This document shows, one piece after another, positions 61,406 to 64,000 of a stretch of DNA of 64,000 bases. Position 1 is the first letter of the stretch. Each line of letters begins with the position of its first letter. The notes beneath the pieces are model-generated. The model ran no database searches and had not been told where the DNA came from. It saw nothing but the letters and a program-made list of their open reading frames with translations. The DNA comes from an uncultured delta proteobacterium (GTDB lineage Bacteria > Myxococcota_A > Polyangia > Polyangiales > Polyangiaceae): positions 256,001 through 320,000 of the forward strand of contig CAWAIF010000003.1 of NCBI GenBank assembly GCA_963782055.1, written 5' to 3'. The translations under genes and the position numbers were made by a program.

Positions 61406-62104
61406 ATGTTCCCGGATGCGCTGGATTTCGACGACGCGCAGGTCCCACCGGAATGGGAACTTGACGCGAGAGGCCATGCTCTCGGAGCATCGAGCGCGGA
61501 CGTGGCGCTGGACGAGCTCGAGAAAAAGCTGATCGAGCGCCTCGTCGCCCGGGACGAGCGCGCATTCAACGAGCTCGTGCGCTCCTACGAGCGGCGCGTC
61601 TTCGCCCTCGTCTTCCGCATGCTGGGCAACCGCGCGGAGGCGGAGGACCTGGCGCAGGAGGTGTTCGTCCAGGTCTTCAAGGCCATCGGGACGTTCCGCG
61701 GCGACTCCAAGCTCTCCACCTGGGTCTACCGCATCGCCATCAACCTCTGTAAAAACCGCGCGAAGTACCTGCGCGTGCGCCACACCGACGAGCAGGACGA
61801 GCTGGAGAACGTGGCCGAGCGCGTCCCCCTCGGCGAGGCGCGCCGCGCGAACGTGGGACAGGTCGAGCGCCCGGACGAGGCGATGGCCGGCAAGCAGGTG
61901 GAGGCCATCGTCCAGCAGGGCATCTTGCAGGTGGACGAGAGCTTCCGCGAGTGCCTGATCCTGCGCGACGTGGAAGAGATGAGCTACGAGGAGATCGGCG
62001 AGATCACCAGCCTGCCGGCGGGCACCGTCAAGAGCCGAATTTTCCGTGCGCGCGCGCAGCTCAGGGAGTACGTCGAACGAGAGCTCGGGGAGAAGATCCG
62101 ATGA
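61406..62104 (+). CDS. ECF RNA polymerase sigma factor
   Basis: AEDLAQEVF, FRGDSKLSTWVYRIAIN, SYEEIG...GTVKSRIFRAR. Start could be GTG 61502. Confidence 0.93.
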   Translation: MFPDALDFDDAQVPPEWELDARGHALGASSADVALDELEKKLIERLVARDERAFNELVRSYERRVFALVFRMLGNRAEAEDLAQEVFVQVFKAIGTFRGDSKLSTWVYRIAINLCKNRAKYLRVRHTDEQDELENVAERVPLGEARRANVGQVERPDEAMAGKQVEAIVQQGILQVDESFRECLILRDVEEMSYEEIGEITSLPAGTVKSRIFRARAQLREYVERELGEKIR

Positions 62105-62394
62105 CGGACCCGGAAGAGCTGCCGCCGGACGCAGAGGAGCAGGAGGAGGACGCGGCGATCAGCGCGCTGCTCAAGCGCGCCGTCGCCCCGGAGGCCGCGC
62201 CGGAGCCGCAGCCGGAGCGGCCCGTCCTGCCGGAGGTGCAGCGCAAGCTGCGCCAGCGCTCCAAGGGCAAGTTCTACTCCGACGGCTGGAGCACCACCTC
62301 GTCGCGCATCAACTACGCGCTGGTCGCGGTGATCATGCTGCTCATCGTGGCGGCCGCGTACTTCGCCCTGGGGCCGATGGCCGTCACGAAGTAG
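62101..62394 (+). CDS. Small single-TM protein, putative anti-sigma factor
   Basis: ATGA overlap with ECF; VQRKLRQRSKGKFYSDGW followed by C-terminal TM. Confidence 0.65.
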   Translation: MTDPEELPPDAEEQEEDAAISALLKRAVAPEAAPEPQPERPVLPEVQRKLRQRSKGKFYSDGWSTTSSRINYALVAVIMLLIVAAAYFALGPMAVTK

Positions 62395-62448
62395 AGGCGG
62401 CGCGCCGGGTCCGACGCAACGGGGGAGCGGCCCGTCCGATGGGCATCG

Positions 62449-63075
62449 GTGCACCCTCTCGCGCTCCTCGGCCTGGACGCCCTCGCCGCCGTCCTCGCTC
62501 CCCCGCGGTGCGCCGCCTGCGGCGCTGGAGTGCCCCTGCGCACCGCCTTCTGCCCCGGCTGCGCCGCGTCCATCGAGCGGGCTCCGGGCCCGGCGGCCGG
62601 CCCCTTCCTCTACGGTGGCGCCATCGCGCGGGCCATCACGCGCTTCAAGTACGGCCCCCGTCCGGACCTGGCGCACCCGCTCGGCCGCCTGCTCGCGACC
62701 CACGCCACCCGGTCGACGGGCGCGGAGGTGGTCGTGCCCGTGCCGCTTCATCCGCTTCGCCTCGCCTCGCGCGGATTCAACCAGGCGGCGCTCCTGGCCG
62801 CGCACGTCGCACGCGCCCTCGGTGCGCGCCACGAGCCCCTGGCGCTGCGCCGCACCCGCGACACCGGCGCGCAGGCCGAGCTGGACCGCGCCGCACGCCT
62901 GCGCAACGTCGCGGGTGCGTTCGAGGTGCGCCGGCCGCGCGGCCTGGCCGGCCGACGCGTGCTCCTGGTGGACGACGTGCGAACCACCGGCGCCACGCTG
63001 GCGGCGTGCGCCGCCGCCGCACGAGCCGGAGGAGCCGTCGAGGCAGGTTGCCTGGTCCTCGCCATCGCGCCCTGA
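62449..63075 (+). CDS. comF: ComF family phosphoribosyltransferase
   Basis: CAAC...CPGC, FKY, VPVPLH...RGFNQA, RNVAGAF, LLVDDVRTTGATL. Confidence 0.9.
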   Translation: MHPLALLGLDALAAVLAPPRCAACGAGVPLRTAFCPGCAASIERAPGPAAGPFLYGGAIARAITRFKYGPRPDLAHPLGRLLATHATRSTGAEVVVPVPLHPLRLASRGFNQAALLAAHVARALGARHEPLALRRTRDTGAQAELDRAARLRNVAGAFEVRRPRGLAGRRVLLVDDVRTTGATLAACAAAARAGGAVEAGCLVLAIAP

Positions 63076-63107
63076 ATTGCGTACCCTGGTCCTCCGAGGC
63101 ACCATAG

Positions 63108-64000
63108 GTGAGCAGCGAGAGCGAGTGGCGCTGGGCAGATCCGACGGGCCAGCAGCGGCTGGTCCGCGAGGACGAGTTGCGTGCCGCGCTCGCGAGCGGA
63201 GTGATCCCGCCCAACGCCCCCGTGTGGAAGCGAGGCTGGGGCGGCTGGAAGCCTGCGCACGATGTCCCGGAGCTCCAGACGAGCGCCCTCGCCGCCGCCA
63301 ACGGCGTGCTCCCCAACGTCCCGCCGCCGCCGCTCTTCGTCGTCGCCGCCCAGGCGGAGCTGGAGGGCCACCCCAAGGCCCCGGCGTCTCAATCGGTGGA
63401 GCCCCCGCCGCCTCCCCGTTACGTGCCGCTGCCCCCTCCGAAGCCCGCAGCGGCTGCCTCCGAGCCCAGGGTCCAGGTCGCCAAGGCCGCACCGGCCCCC
63501 TCGCCGAAGCCCGCACCGGTCGCGCCCAAGCCGGCGCCGGTCGCTGCGTCGCCCAAGCCGGCGCCGGTCGCCGCGTCGCCCAAGCCGGCGCCCGCGCCGA
63601 AGGCCCCGGCTGCCAAGCCGAAGCCGCCGCCCGTGCCGGCGAAGTCGCCGCCCCTCCCGGTGAGGGTCGCCAAGCTGTCGACCCCGGCCCCTGCCATCCT
63701 CGATGCCGCGTGGGAGGACGAGAAGGCCACCACCAAGTCCTCGATGCCGCCGCCGCTGCCCGGGACCAAGGCGGACCCGTCCAAGAAGTCGATGCCGCCC
63801 CCGCTGCCGCCGCAGGCGCGCGGCGAGCACCTCCCGGCCGAGCCCACCGCCAAGCGCGACGTGCCCCGCGAGCTGATCGAGCCCACCGTGAAGGACCTGC
63901 CCAAGTCGATGGACTCCGCGCCCACACTGCAGACGCAGACCGGCGCGCTCAAGACCGTGCTGGGGGTGCCCGCGCTGCCCGACCCGCGCTTGCCGCCACC
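63108..64000 (+). CDS. GYF_2 (DUF4339)-domain Pro-rich protein (3' partial; not in ORF track)
   Basis: GTG 63108: MSSESEWRWADPTGQQRLVREDELRAALASGVIPPNAPVWKRGWGGWKPAHDVPEL, then Pro/Ala/Lys-rich; frame open to window end. Confidence 0.75.
   Translation, partial: MSSESEWRWADPTGQQRLVREDELRAALASGVIPPNAPVWKRGWGGWKPAHDVPELQTSALAAANGVLPNVPPPPLFVVAAQAELEGHPKAPASQSVEPPPPPRYVPLPPPKPAAAASEPRVQVAKAAPAPSPKPAPVAPKPAPVAASPKPAPVAASPKPAPAPKAPAAKPKPPPVPAKSPPLPVRVAKLSTPAPAILDAAWEDEKATTKSSMPPPLPGTKADPSKKSMPPPLPPQARGEHLPAEPTAKRDVPRELIEPTVKDLPKSMDSAPTLQTQTGALKTVLGVPALPDPRLPP
63500..63595 (+). repeat. Coding tandem repeat (27-bp unit, PKPAPVAAS)
   Basis: cccaagccggcgccggtcgc(t/c)gcgtcg repeated, with partial flanking copies. 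Confidence 0.75.

Overview
Very GC-rich bacterial DNA. It is most likely from a myxobacterium (Myxococcota, Polyangiaceae-like), an inference from a MYXO-CTERM sorting signal, five Hanks-type Ser/Thr kinases plus a PP2C phosphatase, many Cys-rich lipoproteins and a GYF_2 protein. About 51 CDSs and one tRNA-Lys(CTT) can be supported; no CRISPR array, integrase or transposase was seen. Main blocks: (1) secreted/lipoproteins and two kinases (1-9.6 kb), where one kinase ectodomain is duplicated in the adjacent lipoprotein; (2) mfd; (3) a complete molR/yeh-type cluster (WGR-DUF4132, YehL AAA+, DUF5682, VWA, double SWIM) with a convergent second DUF4132 paralog (16.2-29.7 kb); (4) a 15 kb glycosylation locus (30.0-45.2 kb) with GDP-heptose genes (hddC, hddA, gmhA, gmhB, transaldolase, epimerase), one polyprenol-phosphate-type GT2, three GT-C-fold membrane transferases including a close TMTC-like protein O-glycosyltransferase, and three methyltransferases; (5) housekeeping and signalling genes (rnhA, dps, gluQ, PP2C, priA, uppP, ECF sigma, comF). 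The best candidate for an undescribed system is lipid-linked heptose (protein) glycosylation. Other notable signals: the kinase/lipoprotein shared C-x21-C domain, a widespread leaderless-type promoter pattern, an in-frame palindromic insert in a kinase, and two single-base frameshifts near 47.6 and 49.2 kb. All family calls are motif recognition from memory, not database searches.
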